DNA of 64,000 nt from Lama glama. Lineage: Eukaryota. The notes beneath the pieces were generated by a model. The model saw only the letters and a program-made list of their open reading frames with translations. It was not told the DNA's origin and made no database searches. The stretch covers positions 77,006,001-77,070,000 of the forward strand of contig CM052817.1 in the NCBI GenBank assembly GCA_028534125.1. The letters run 5' to 3'. Numbering within the stretch: the stretch's first letter is position 1; each line of letters starts with the position of its first letter. The translations under genes were made by a program, and so were the position numbers. Positions 25,206-40,235 of the stretch are shown here, piece after piece.

Positions 25206-28057
25206 CTGTGGCAATATAATAAACACTGTGCATACAACTGCTGTCTCTTGTTTCAAGGAACAAGGAACAACTTAAGTAAGCATCATGACTTTAGAGGGTA
25301 TCTGTCCTATCTCCTATCTTGAGAACTCAGTTCTCAGAGCAGTTTTTGGTCCATCATTTATTTTGATCATCTTAACAATTTCTGACTGAGTGAATGGGTA
25401 ACTAGTGGATGGATAATCCTTTTTCCCTCATCTATTTTTGTGTTCTGTCTACAATTTAACCCACCAGAAAGAATGCAGACAAAGAGATCAACCTCAAATT
25501 CCTGACCATGATAATAACACAGTGGGCCAAACAGTGAGAACACTTGTCTTATATCACTCTCTGAAGAGCCCTCTGAGCTCATTTGATTTCACTAGCTTCT
25601 CTAGGCTTCTTTGGTATCCTCTCTTCCAAAAAAAATGTGTATTAGTTCAGTGATTTCTCAAGCACTGTATCCAATCCATGATGAATCCATGACTTTAGCT
25701 CATCAAAATCAGATTAATGACAATGTTCTTAGCTTTTCATAAGATTACATAAATCTGATTTTTTAAATGTTTATAAATTATATTTGTGTTCCAATTGACT
25801 TTATTTGTAACACTGCATTATTTAAAAAAAACCTAAATGTATTATAATAAATATATATGCAGTAGAAACAGGAAAGATCTGCAAAATTAAATATTGATAA
25901 CTAAGTCAGTCTGTACCTTCATTCATCTTCCCCCCAACTTTGTTTTCTTTTGTTCTGTAAAATCCAAACCTCCAGAAATCCCTGAGCCAAAAGGTAATTA
26001 AAGTGTCTTTCAGTTCTACGAGTCTATGTAATTAAACTCTTACTCATATTACAACAATCACTTCCATCACTGGATTTTTAAAATTATTTCTGTATGAAGA
26101 ATAGGAAGAGATCTTCCCATCTGAAAGATGAGTTTTCCTAATCATTTCCCCATGAATTTTCCTAATTGTTTTCCCATGAACTTATTTATTACATTTATTA
26201 AGCGAGATGAACATTTTAATAAATTAAAACAATACAACTTTTAATTAGTCAACCTAAGACTTCTATTTTGCTGATTAATCAAGTCTTAGCTAGAAAATTA
26301 ATTATCCTAAATCCCATATTGCTATCACTTTCAACTTACACCATGTTTCCACAAAATGCATCAATCTGATTACCATCTGTCCATATCAACTAAACAACAG
26401 AAAACAAGAGGTCATTTTACTTCAAGATTTCATTTGTACAAAGAAACCCAGAGTTCACCCTCTTTCTCATTCCAAAAGAGTATACTCTTTTTTCAGAAAT
26501 TCCTCTGTAAATTAAAATGTAAATGTAGCACAAGCTAATTCTACACAATTGTTTAGAACTTTTATCAAATATTATTGAGAACATTTTTAGAACCATTAAG
26601 TTCTGATATTTTGTATATTCAAGAAAAACTGAATGTATTTGTGAACCAAAATAAGTAAAATATGGAGAAAAAATCAGTATCACTCAACTGTTTTCATTAA
26701 TAAGGAAAAATGTGTAAATAGTAAATAATAATATTTTTGAATCTTTCTAAATTTGTGAAAACAGAATACAGTTCTCAAACTAACAGAGATTCACTCACAG
26801 ATGAAACAGTATTTATTAAGTAATTCTTATTCATTATAAACATCCATATTTATTTGCCTGGTATGTCATACCCCTTGACTCGATAATTATAACTGCATTG
26901 CCCATGCAAATTCAAAATATTGTGCAATAACATGCATCTATATCTTCATAATATCATTATTTTTAACAGAAAAAATTAACTAAGTAAATTATGATATAAA
27001 CATTCAATAGTTATTATGTTATTAAAACTTATGACTGTAGTAATCTAAAAGTAAAAAGCATGGATGGAAAAATTATATATCCACACTAGAGCTGTTATAA
27101 AGTTATATACGAAAGTTATAGCAATGGTGGTGTAAGAATGGAAAAATTATGGGTAGTTTTTTTTCTTTATTTTCCAACCTTTCTCTAACATTTTATATTA
27201 CTTTTACGTATTTTAAGACATATGTTTAAACATAGTCATACCTAGCTCAAATGAAAGTGTATTTCTAAGGTTTAATAAATATTTGCAACTGGCTCCATCT
27301 CAGGCTGAAATGAAATAATTTTGTTCATTTTTTCAAGCTTGAGACAATTACTTCAAGCATGACATAGAAATATGGAAAACAAGAAAGAATGGGCATTCAT
27401 GGACTTCATTCAGATATTAGCTCAAAGGCATCATTTGCAGTTACTTCAACCAACTTAAGTCTTTACTCTGGAATGCACTGTGTGTGACATGAAATATAGC
27501 GCCCAAAGTGTGATACTCAGTTTTTAAGAGAGTGAGGTCAAGGGTGAGTTCTAAAGGTCACCTCATGACAAGAAAGCTGTTTTTCTCAAATAAAAGTGAT
27601 AATTATCAGCCCATTCTGAGAAAGGAAATAATGTAATACCAAAGCATCTGACACTGGACTTCTCTGTGATTTCTGACACAGTGATGTCAGTACTAACACC
27701 ATCCAGTAGGAGTGATGCATCAGAATAAAACTGAGCATTCAAAGCATACAGTCTTACTTGAAGAGACACAATGAACCTAAAAGTCATCCATGGCTCCAAC
27801 CAAGAAGAGGGGTGGTGGTAGGAAAGGCAAATGAGATAAATAGCAAGATATGGTTATTCATCATCAAAGAAAATGTTGCTTTTTTTTAATTGTTGAACTT
27901 CCATATATAGACAGGTAGACATGAAACTAGGTAGGTAGATAGTGATAGAGAACATGTATGTATTTTTAGTATGACAGAAATTACAAGTAAGGATTACAAA
28001 ATGAGACATTTAAAAATGTAACTTGGCATTTAGCTGCCTCATAACAATGGACCTTAC

Positions 28058-28199
28058 TTAAATCCCAGCTGTCGGCAGACCACATATGTATTCAGCTCAG
28101 TCCAGCCATCATCACAGACAGTCCCCCACTGTCCCCTGTAATACACCTCCAGGCGACCCTCATGGCTGCCTTTACCACCTGTAAGTCTGATGACCCCAT
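28058..28199 (-). CDS. PRSS12: Neurotrypsin exon 6 (142 bp), N-terminal half of SRCR3
   Basis: Manual translation [47 protein letters not shown](K); acceptor tcacag|, donor |gtaagg; missing from the ORF track. Confidence 0.96.
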
Positions 28200-29935
28200 C
28201 TGTGACAAGAAGGAGACACAGAGACTAAGCAAATAATTATCCAAAGAAGGTAAAACAATATTTTAATTTCAAGAGAAACATCACCCTACTCAGATCTCTC
28301 TCTATGCCTTTTGTTAAACTTACATTAGAACTGCGCTCAGTGATCCGAGATCACTGGAGTGTTTCAGAAGTAAGTCATAACACATATTGATCCTAACAAA
28401 TATTCTTTCCTTTTTATTTGTACTCTTACTTTCTAAGTAGAAAAATATATTTTGATAATTTCAAGGTAGTTATTTACATTTCCCTGGATTAAGTAATGTT
28501 AGGAAATTTCGTATAGCTTCAATCTTTTTAAGTATGAGCGATACCAGTCATTTAAATTTAAAGAGTAAAAAAATCACAGTAATTGGGAAATAGTTCAAAA
28601 TTTTAACTGCAAAGGAAAAAACACCGAAATATGAAGACAGAATAAGCTGTTCTGCTTAAAGAGTGATTTATAATAGCAATGCATGTATTATTCCTTAGGC
28701 ATTCATGAATTATAAAAACTGGGATACATGCTTCACCCTTGTTCTTTTACTGATAATACAGATCTGAATTTGAATCTTGTGAATTCAATGAATAATTTCC
28801 AGAGAACCCCATAAAAAGCTTCGAAGCAGATACACAATACAGTAAATTTATTCCCCAAAAAGTATATTTAAAAGCTATTTTCACCCAAAATAACCTGATA
28901 AGCCCCCAAATGAAACGTATGAATAATCCTGTGTTAAGGTCATACTTTTCATGAATCTCTGGGATCTCTTAAGGTAAATGAAGGTCTTCTAGCAACAGAA
29001 ACACTTATTAATGTAACACTTTACTGTCTGCAAAGCACTGTTACAAAAGTGTTACCTTATTTGATCATTACAATGACAGGACAAGACTATCTTCATTTGA
29101 AAGAGGAGGAAATGGAGGCTCAAGAAGATGAAGTGCTCTGGCTTAAAATCCGGTATAAATTTTATATTTCTATCTTATATAAATGTGCTATTCTAATAAA
29201 AACAACAGTGTACATAGAACTATGTAAATAAAAAAGCAGAACCTCAGTATTTCACAAGACCTAAGAAGTACTTCATTTGATTTTCCTAAAGTAAGATTAA
29301 ACCCCCAAATTTTTTTCTTCAAGCTCTTTTTACTGTAGAAACAATGAATTTGTAATGACCCAACTTCTCTTGCCTGTCCTTTTCCCTCTTCTTCCCCTAA
29401 AACATATGTACATTCACACATGCTCATTTGCACTCAGACACACCCATCTTGTAACACATGACGTATCTTGACAAGCATGCTACAGTTTGGAATAGTCTGA
29501 ATATTGAGCACAGCAAAGGTAACTTGGTTCTTTAATGAAGTGCTTTAAATAATAATCCCATCCATACAGTTTTACCAGTTATAAATACATTCTGAGAGTC
29601 AAGGCAGGTAAACAGATAAATGGACTAAACTTTTATAATACCTAATACCCCAAATTTATCATTACATTGATTTTGACTATTGAGTACTATATCTTACAAT
29701 AAAATCATATTTTCTGATCTAGCTTAGGAGGACAGTGTAGCCTTAAATCAAAAATTCAGAAACATCTATGAAATAAGGAGACAGCATTTTAAGGTACAAT
29801 TGCATTTTAAAGTTTTATTTGGGGGATTCATGTGTATGCTCATTCAGTAATATTACCTAAACCGAGGAGAAGGGAAGGTAAGCCCAAATGATGCTGGGGG
29901 CAAGAGTTGGTAGATTAGTGGGGTGGAACTCCTAC

Positions 29936-30114
29936 CTGTTAGAGGGGTACAGGACACTCCAGCATCTTCTTTATGACCGCAGTTATGCTCTCCCCAGGAA
30001 CTCTTTGGACACTGCTCAATAGAAAGCTCATTGCCAGTGCAGCGCACTTCATCCAACATTACTGGGCCAGTTCCTTCCCCAAAATACGCCTGACTCCATG
30101 CTTTGGCAATGCCA
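29936..30114 (-). CDS. PRSS12: Neurotrypsin exon 5 (179 bp), C-terminal half of SRCR2
   Basis: [59 protein letters not shown]; acceptor gttcag|, donor |gtagga. Confidence 0.96.
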
Positions 30115-30434
30115 CTGAACAAACATGAGAACATATGTTTTATTACCAGCAAATGTTAAATCGTGATTAATCCATACTTTCCAAAATCATGATTAATCCA
30201 TACTTCCCCTTATCAATTCACTCCATAGGTCACATACGACTTGTGCAATTTCTCTTTTGTTTTTTTGTTTGTTGCCCTTTATATTTCTGGCCATAAGAAA
30301 TCTTTCAAAGGCTGCTAGTTATTCTCCAATATTTACTCTCCTTTTCTTCATTAGTAATGGAACCTCAGATTTTTAGGAAGACAATGGCTCTCCAGCATAA
30401 GATCACATTTCCCACCCTCTCTTCCTTCCAGTTG

Positions 30435-30596
30435 ACATAGTTTGTTTTAAAATATACATAACATAAAATGTACCATTTTAACCATTTTAAGTGGACAATT
30501 CAGTGGCATTAAGTACATTCACACTGTTGTGCAACCATCACCACCATCCATCTCCAGAACTTTTAAATCACCCCAAACTGAAACTTGGTACCCATT
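30435..30596 (-). mobile_element. Old L1 3' end fragment nested in a MaLR-like LTR
   Basis: ataacataaaatgtaccattttaaccattttaag..ttcagtggcattaagtacattcacactgttgtgcaaccatcaccaccatccatctccagaac. Confidence 0.75.
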
Positions 30597-31237
30597 TTAG
30601 ATAATTAAGGTATTTAGGTTAACGTGTCATGTATCACTTCCAGGAATTATCTATGTTCCACTCCCTCCTTCCTGCTGACTGTAAGGCAGAGGTGATGGCT
30701 GGAGCTTGAGAAGCTGTCTTGGTCCATAAGGTACCACACTTAAGAATGAAAGAACAGTAAGCACGAAAGAGCCTGAGGCCCTGATGACTGTGGAACCACC
30801 ATACCAGCCATAAGCTGATTATCTCTGGTCTCTTGAGAGAGAAATAAACCCTTGTCTTGTTTAAGCCACTCTTATTTTCAGTTCTCTGAAAATACCGCCA
30901 AATATCTCTTCACTCAAATTTAATTGTACTAAATTTACTTCTCCCACTATTCAAAGAAGTACCATATTCTAGAATTCCAGATTTCATTGAAGATTGTAAC
31001 TGCCTGTCAAAGTAATTAATGACTTCAGAAATTGCATTTTCAGCCCCTTTAGCCTTTTAATTTTTAGACTAGAACATTTTTATTTTTAGTTTGTTTTTCA
31101 ATGATACTGTATCTATTCCCCATTACTTAAGTTGCCCTTTTCTCATAACATTATAACTATCTTGAGAATTTACAGCCAAAACAAGAATGTAATTTTCACA
31201 TATGTAAGTTAGATTTTACTGTCCAAACATAAGGTTT

Positions 31238-31375
31238 CATGGGAACAAAGCCACACTCATTCCCAACTTATTGTCTGTGGCAGCTTTTGCACTACACAAA
31301 GGCACAGTTGAGTAGCTGGAAAGTCTAAAATACTCACGATCTGGCCCTTTACAGAAAAAGTTTGTTGACCCTTGC
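31238..31375. mobile_element. MER58-like hAT DNA transposon fragment
   Basis: agccacactcatt..ttgtctgtggcagcttt..atctggccctttacagaaaaagtttgttgacccttg. Confidence 0.7.
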
Positions 31376-33774
31376 TCTAGAGGAAAGAGATTAATGAAAG
31401 CAAATATGGAAACTGATTTAGAGAACACTGAAAGTTGGAGAACAGAGGAGGAGGAGACAGGATGACTAATGTAGGTCATGGGGAAGCCAGATAGGAAAGC
31501 TTAGGAGAAGGGCAGATTAACAGCCTCCCTGGATCTTTGCCCCGAGATAAACGCTAGGAAAGAAAACGATCTATTAAAGAAAATTTCAGTGGGTATAATT
31601 CACTGAGCCAAGATTAGATGCTATTAAAAAACCAGGGACCTATAAGAGAGAATATAAAATTTAACCCCAAACTCATAACAGAAACAAAAAATAAACTCCA
31701 GATGGTTTAAAGAACTAAATAAAGAGAAGGAAAGGAAAGAAGGGAAGGAGGGAGACAGGGAGGAAGAAAGATGGCTAAAAAGTTAATAGAATGAAATAAT
31801 AAGAACGTAGTTCTTATAACCTTGGTAAAAAGAAGGATTTTCTGAGCAGGAGTTTAAAAAAAAAAAACAGAAGTCAGAAAACAAAGGCTAAAAAAGTTAA
31901 ACTTTCTCACACATATTTAAACTACTGTATAGCAAAATACACCATAGAGTCAAAAGGCAAACCAACAAGCTGGTAAAAATATGTGTAAACTGTAACAGCA
32001 ATCCAAAAAAGAAAAACCTCCTGGAGATAAATAATAATCACTTATCACTATTATAATAAACGACAAAACAACCAACATTAAAATAAAGAGGGTAATGGAG
32101 AGGACCAGGCTATTTACAAAAGAAATACCCATGGCTGTGGACCACATGGTAAGATGCTCAGTCTTATAATGGTCACATTAAAACAATATGAATGCATTCT
32201 TACATATCATTCACATCATTTCCACTAAATATTTAGGCTAAAAGATTACAAACTAAAGGTTTTTTATTCACCACGAAAAAATAACAAACTAACCCTAAAA
32301 CATTCATTAGCTGGGAGTGACTTGAGATGGGCCGGGCAGAATAACTGAAATATACTGTATTTCAAATATGTTAAAGATGATATGATAGAGGTCCTAGGAA
32401 AAAGGAAAAGGTTGATTATCTCCCTCTGAACAGTGTCCCTTCCTTAAGGGAGGACACAGGACAGGAGCGTAGAAGCCCCAAATAGTGACTTTGGGGAAAG
32501 TTATCTCTGTTATAATGCAGTCTTAAAACACTGCTTGGGTATTTTTATTTTCTTCATTATATATTTCCATATGTTCCATTGTTTATAAACATTATTTTAA
32601 TTATCACAAAAATGTTCAATTAAAATAAACTAATCAGAAAAAACTAGTATAATAAATTTGAGAACCAAGAAAGAAATATAAACTAGGAAACTACAATGTA
32701 ATGCAAACTAGGTTTTCTAGCTAAGTTTTAAGTTTACTAGAATCAAGAAGATAATATTTACAAATACATACATTCCTTCAGCCGGTCACGAGTACTCCCC
32801 AGTGCCCTGGGCTGCGCTGGCTTTCAGGGGAACACCAAAGAAACTGATGACTTGGCCCTCTGAGAAACTGTGTAATACTGGGGAAAGCAACATAAAGCTC
32901 ATGCGTTGTTAAAGTCAAACAAGTGCTGTGTGAATTCGATAAAGCTGTGTGTTCTCTGTCCTTATTTTATGGAAATTCTTCTTACACCAGGCCTGGCAGT
33001 TCATTTGCCTGCCGTAATAATCCCGGTGTTGCCTACTTTCTTACCCTATGACCACAGGAGAAATTTGTGGAATAGGGGTGCTCTGATCTAATACACTGAT
33101 TTATTAGGTTATTTTTTGTAAAGCTGTTTGACCTACATACATAGCAGCAATCCCCAATAAACATGGAATTGATTCATTGTCTGATCCTTATCCAAAACAT
33201 TCCTAAACCTATTTAGCTAATCTGATTGTACTCATATAAAGTTTGTTTGTTTTCCACAGAAAAAGAGCAAATAGTGTCATCTGACTAACTCAATCCCCCA
33301 GCTTAACTACTACTTTGAATAGACTCAGACTAGAGTTAGGCAATTCTATTGTGCAGGATAATTACTTGTTGACTGCAATATCAGTTTGTGACATATGTAA
33401 TACATGGACGAAAAAATTCATTTTTAATGATCAACAGCCTCTGGTCTAACAACTTTATGCGCAGTCACTCTTTTAAACCTCCCTACAACCCCATCAAGTT
33501 ATTAGTCCCAATTTACAGATGAGGAAACTGAGTTCCAGAAGCAAAATAATTTGTCCAGGATTACACCACCACTAGCTGGTAAAGCCTGTCTGGCTACGGA
33601 GCCGACCAGAAGCACATCGCTATCCTACCTTCTCCTGGGGCACCTTCAGTGAGGTGCCAGTAGCACCCCAAATACAGTTTACCTAAAACGTGTTCATCAT
33701 CATTTTCTTCCTGCAATTAACTTTTCTCTCTTAACTTCCCTATTTCTTTCATCCCTATATTTATAGTTATTCTT

Positions 33775-33905
33775 TTGTTGTTGTCGGGGGAGGTAACTAG
33801 GTTTGTTGTTTGTTTGTTTATTTGCAATGGAATTACTGGGGACTGAACTCAGGACCTTGTGCATGCTAAGCAGGCACTCTACAATTGAGCCATACCCTTC
33901 TTCCC
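33775..33905 (-). mobile_element. Camelid-type tRNA-derived SINE
   Basis: ggggaggtaactaggttt..ggggactgaactcaggaccttgtgcatgctaagcaggcactctacaattgagccataccc. Confidence 0.8.
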
Positions 33906-36535
33906 TGTATTTATTCTTATTAACACCTGGCTATTTTGCAAACCATGTAACATGATAGAAAAAAAATCCTAACCTGGAGGCCATAAATCTCAAGATTCTG
34001 TTCCTCATTCACAGTATGATTCGGGGGCTTTGAGTAACCTCAGAAGGCCTAACTTTCTCATCTGTTAAATAAGGCCTCTCTTCTGCTTGATAATTCCACC
34101 CACCACGTTATCTTTATGGCAATGTTTATAAAGTATTTTAAAAATTAACAAACAGTAAAGAAAAAGAAGAAAGAAACATTTTTTAAAAAAATTGAACCAG
34201 AAGAATTTTTATTCTGATCACTCAATAATATGGCTCTATATGATAATTTTGTAGCCAAAAAAAAAAAAAAGGCTAAGAAAAAAGTGCCCAGAAAATGTAA
34301 ATTTCTATGTAAGTTATGGCATAGCCACATAATAAAATATGATGTCACAGTTCCAAGCTACACTTTTAAGAGTTTTGCAAGACATAGGAAATGTTTCAAT
34401 ATTAAGTGCACAAAAGGAACACCAATTCAAATGTCTCCACCTGAAACATCACTTTGTACATATGTATTCTCAAGTTCAATTTTCTAACATCTGGCTGCCT
34501 TCCTTCCCGCTTCTCATCTTTCTCTGAGTTCGGGTTAATCAAATTTAAGTATCTTTAGTACAGTAATTCCTTTTGTGTTTTAGGAAGCTTGCCAGCCACC
34601 CAAATCTACAGACACCATTAAAAGATGAGGGTCAACAAAGACAGCATCTCACAGAGAAACTGTAACCACCACTACAGGGAGGCATGATGTAGTCTCCCTT
34701 TGGGAATTCAACACAGCAAGGACAGCTGAGATGAAATCTGCTTAAGAACAAATCATAAATTGAGACAAGCAACAATTATTCTGTCTGCTATCAACCGTGT
34801 GCCATTAAAGAACATTTCCTCTGAAAGTTCTGTGCCTTTAAGTGAGCAAAACAAATTCAAGAGGAAGAGCAGTTGCAGAATATTGCTTTCCTGCAAGCTT
34901 AAAAGAAAAGAAGTATAAACATCAAGTGAAAGAAAAGCAAATGAACAATGTCAGCTCAGAGCCTAGAGTATTTATAATAAAAACAAATCTCCACCAAGCT
35001 GGATTGTTGGTTATTACATAGGCTTGTGGAGGATCTTTGCTGCCTTGTATATCTGGAGATATTTATCCTTTTAATCACTTTTCTGAACATGAATCTCCTC
35101 ATACAAAAGATAGCAATGAGCCAATGCTCTTGAGAAAGATGTAAACACTGCACTGAATCCCCACATGTGTTTGACCTTATTATAGTCTTCCTTGTGATTC
35201 TAGCTCCATGCTCTTGTCATGTAACAGACAATTGTTTGTCAACATGGTCTTTGTTTAAGAACTGTTTATATCAGTGAAAAAGAAAACCTTTGGCTCTCAA
35301 GAAAGAACTCCACAATACAACAAAAATTTTTAGAATCACTGCTATAACTATAGATATAATTAAATTGTCATTTAAATTTTCTATGATAGTCAATGTATAT
35401 TATATACTTACCATGTGTGCTAGTTGCTTTCTAAACACTAAACCCTCTACAACGGGAAATATGTTATAGACGAGGAAACTGCAACCAAGAGATAGTCTGC
35501 AATTTTTCTCATCTCTGGAAATAGGACTCAAATTCAGGTCATTCTGAGTACAGGGAACATGCTCATGACCTTATATTATGCCGACTCTAACAGCAACACC
35601 TAAACATTTGAGAAAAGTTGTTCTTGACAACTGAGACTTAGTCAAAACATTTTAAAAATCTAGTCTCAAAACTTAATGAATAACAGTTTTCTCAAAAAGA
35701 GCTGGTTGGCCCTATTCCTGACCCACCCAAAGAAAATGACCATACCAGTCAGCTCATACACCACCAGTAATTAAAAGCCCCATGGACACAGGACATTCCA
35801 TGCTTGTTCCTATCCCATTCATGAACCATGAAAGAGCAGTTGGGTCCCAGAATCAGTTACAGGGGGAAATGTAACCTCACGGTTAAGGATTAGGCTGATG
35901 CCACCTTACCCCAGTGCTTAATCTTATCCTTACCAACGGAGAAAACCAGAGCTGTTCTGTGATTCCTGATGAGATGCAAGACGAGGGCACATCACCTGTG
36001 ATGATTTCTAGCCAAAATATTTGATTTGCTCTAACCAGGCTTCTGGACCTAAGTCTCCCATTTCAGGAGTTGCAAGAACCAGAAGAGTAAACTGAGAGGA
36101 AGAAATGAGACAAACTCAGGAGGTAGGATATTCTCCAGAACAACTGGCTCGGTCTCTTCAATAAGTCAGTGTCATGGAAAACAAGAGGCTGTTCTAGACT
36201 AAAAGAAACTTCAGGGACATCACATGCAGATGCATTGCAAGGTCCAAAATCCTACTTCAGACAAACCATCTGTTGAGGACATGGTGGTAACAACTAGGGG
36301 AATTTGAATATGACAGGGTATTAGACAGTTTAAGAATGATTACCACTCCTATTAGTTGTGAGAATGATAATTGGGCTATGTAGGACAATGTTCTTATCTT
36401 TAAGAGATGCATACTGAAGTATTTAGAGGTAAAATCTTAAAATGTCTATATTTTACTTTAAAATACTTCAATATTAACACAGTTTTCAAAAAGAGGGGGG
36501 TCAGTTGCAAAAACAATTGCAAAAAATTAGTATAA

Positions 36536-36639
36536 ATGAGGGGACGGTATAGCTCAAGTGGTAGAGTGTGTGCTTAGCATGCACGAGACCAGAGTTCGAT
36601 CCCCAGTACCTCCTCTAAAAACAAATAAACCTAATTACC

Positions 36640-36672
<33 letters not shown>
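36536..36672 (+). mobile_element. Camelid-type tRNA-derived SINE with (AC)n tail
   Basis: A box tagctcaagtgg, B box gagttcgatccc; perfect 12-bp TSD aaattagtataa at 36524 and 36673. Confidence 0.88.
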
Positions 36673-36675
<3 letters not shown>

Positions 36676-37482
36676 TTAGTATAACTGGTTCAAGGTTCAA
36701 AAATCATGCTTCAGGGCTAAAGATTATGCTTAATTGAACAAAATGATACATAGACAGAGAAGCTTTTATCTCAAAAAGCCTCCCCATCAACCCACCCCAC
36801 CCCCCAGAAAGTGCTAAATAATTTTTTTTCAAATTTAAAGTAAAATATCAACTTTTAAACGATTTTTTAATACAATTTTAGAGAAACTTCTAGGCTTGCT
36901 ATACCAAAGTTCAGAATCACTAAAGATAGGGTTTAGAAGATACAAAATTACAACATACTATTCAAAATAGTCACAACTGAGGCAGCATGGAATGTTGATT
37001 TTCGTGTTGCTGTCACACGTGCTTCATTTCCAGATCCTGTACAGGAATTATTTCCTTTGTACATTAATAAACATCCTTTGTTTAAGCACACATCTAACAA
37101 ATAAGGAAGCAAAGGTCAAAAGTTGAGGCAGTATCTGGGGGAGAAGAACAGAACTTCAGTTAAAACCTAACAACCAGTTTCATCATATGACTTCGATAAG
37201 TCGCGACGGCTGCCAGTGCCGGTCATTTCCTGGGAGTAATGGAAAAGTTCTTGATGAAACGTGGCAAAAAGCTTAGATTCTCAGGGGTGGAAAATCAGCT
37301 GAATTCTGATACAAACAGATTAGACCTAAGAGTAAGCAGACATTCTCTTCAGGGAGCCTACACGCCTCATACAAAGATCAAAAGGTGGCCTTTTCCATTT
37401 GTTCAGAGAAATGTGCAATTTAAACACACAGCACCTGCCTTGGCGTATGGAAATAATAAACTCAGAAATTTAAGCAAAATCA

Positions 37483-37701
<219 letters not shown>

Positions 37702-40235
37702 TCAGCCACAAGATCGGCTATATTCCATTTCTTTGCCTTTCTCCATCATTAAATAATATTTATCAAGCCACTTCTGTGATATGGCCATACCCGCGTATGT
37801 CTGATATATTTTATGGTCATCTCGACCAATTAAAATACTCCAACTTGAATTACACTCATCAAATAGCTCTCAAGAGGAAATAGTCTAAATTCACTTTTCC
37901 CCAGCAACCTCAGGAACCAGAAAAGCCACACTCAAAACTCCAGCTATTGGAAACCCATTTGATGTTTTATGGTATTGTGGTAGTGACATTGATTTTTTAT
38001 GTACAGTAACTTGAGAACTACCAACATGTAATTATTAAGAATGGCACTTATGTCTATAACATACTTGTTTTCGACACAGAACTATTTTTACATTCATAGA
38101 AATCAAGTCAAAATTAACATCTAACACATTACAACAAGTTGGTGGACATCACAGCCAGCAGCTTCAAAAAACAATATTGGAAATTCATTTGGGTATGAAT
38201 CAGTTTAGATTCATTTCCTCTGTGAAGAACCACTCAAGGCTTTCCATTGCAAAGTCCTTATTAATGGCTACAATGCCCTGAGCTAGCTTCATCCGTTTCT
38301 GACTTTCTCTCTCCCTCTCTCTCTCCCCTGGCCTAGAATTGAGGACACAGGGAATGCCCTTCCCTTTCATCTGGGTACACAGCATACATAAGGCATGTAA
38401 TAAATATTTGTTGACTGATTAGATTGGCACGTGATAGGGAAAAGCCTAGAAAGGATACCACAAACAAGGAAAAATCATTAGCAATATCTATTAATTCGAT
38501 TCTGTTTAATAAACGGGTATTAGGCTAAGCATCGGCTGTGTGCAAGGCATTCAAAGGGACACCACACAGACATCACCCACAAGAAGTTCACACCTCAGGA
38601 CGTGGACAACATGAGTGCAGACGAGAGACCATCAGAAAGACCCTGCAGGGGTTCAGAAGCAAGGGGTGCTTGCTCACCATTGGGGTTAGTTAAGGAGTCT
38701 ATTCTGATGAAGCTGGTAGCCGAAGAGGGCCAAGATGATGGATGGGATTTCAGAAGTCAGACAGGCAAAGTGAACAGCATAAGCAAAAGCCCAGAAGCAC
38801 AAAGCTGTATGTGTTTGGGAAACAGCAAGGCAGTCTAATTTTTCTAGAATAAAGGATGTGACGTGGTAAAAGGTTCAGAGCAGGCTGGGTCCCTATTAGG
38901 AAATTTAGTCACACCATTTGCCAAATGCTAATCATTTATCCCCATGAACTATGCTTCTAATTCCTCACAGTGCAAGCAGCTGTCAATAATCAGTATTTGG
39001 ATATTCATATTTATATTCAAATATCACACTTGAGCAGGGACTTAGATCAGTGAAACGGTTGCAGATACTCATATTCTGATATTCGTAATATAGTTTTCTT
39101 ACATAAGCCCACTGGCACTTCTTCCTTGTAAAAGGGTAAACAAAGCTTCAATAAACATAACTATTCTCAACATTGTATATTAGCTTCTTGTAATTACTGA
39201 TGGCTAAATTATGATAAGAAACTTAAATTTGCATGTTTTATGTGTATTTTCATTTAGGAAGCTTGGAAAATATAGAAAAAATTATGGAAAAAATGTGTAC
39301 GTTTCTTAAATCATTATATTCTTCTCTGCTTCCCTTTCTCTACCACCATGGTAAGCTTGGAGAAAACAGAAAAACAAAAATTTTTAAGAGGAAATTTAAA
39401 ATCACCTACAACCTAAAAACGTTATGGCCTATTACCTTACATTTTTAATGTCATGCTTTATTTTCAAACTGGTAATTTTTCTACTGGTTGTATAAGGAAT
39501 TGTAAAAATACAGAGACACTCAATGACAAAATTTAGTCAACATCTCACGTCCCCACAAGAAACACACAAAAGGTCATCTGAAAGAGAATTCAGTAAAGTA
39601 TTTGACTTAGGTTTAACTTATGGATAAATAAAACTCCCAGACAGCTTCATTTAGATTGCTATTTCCTACATCCAGTACTCATATGTGATCTTCCACTTGG
39701 TAAGTGTTGGAAAAGTAGATGCCAAGTCACTAAATATGAATTCCAAACTGAAAGAATGTATTAAAGGTCTACCGCTGTGCCTTAAGGTAGACTCAGTGTT
39801 TGCTGACCTGAGCTACTTGCTTTTACATCCTCATTTAATTCACCATAAAGGCATCTTTTCTCATTCTCACTTCTAATTTATCTCAATCTTCTATATTTTA
39901 TATATGCTTGTAACTAACCTTAAATTTATCTTTGCAACCAGAGTATAAACAAGTGGATAGATTATAGAGAAAAGAAGGAGTTTTTTAAAAAGTAGATAGA
40001 GAGCCTGGGAAAAAAAAAGATTGTTTCCAAGATTTTACTTACTTCACTACTTGAAAAACGTTAAAACACATTTTTATCAATTAGGACGAACACAGAATAC
40101 AAGCAATAATCCACAAAAAGTAGTGCGCTGTTGAGCCCAATTCACATCATTCCTGAAGTAGCAATGTGTAAACATGTACTTGCCAAAAGTAGCACTCCCC
40201 AAAGGTGGAGAAGCAAAGGAAGAAAAGGAAAAACT

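Noticed and set aside
28338..28356. Hairpin cagtgatc-cga-gatcactg near the exon 6 acceptor
   Set aside because: An 8-bp stem is expected by chance in 64 kb
36536..36615. tRNA-like sequences with A and B boxes (also at 40236 and 57904)
   Set aside because: They have TSDs, SINE tails and many diverged copies; these are SINE heads, not tRNA genes
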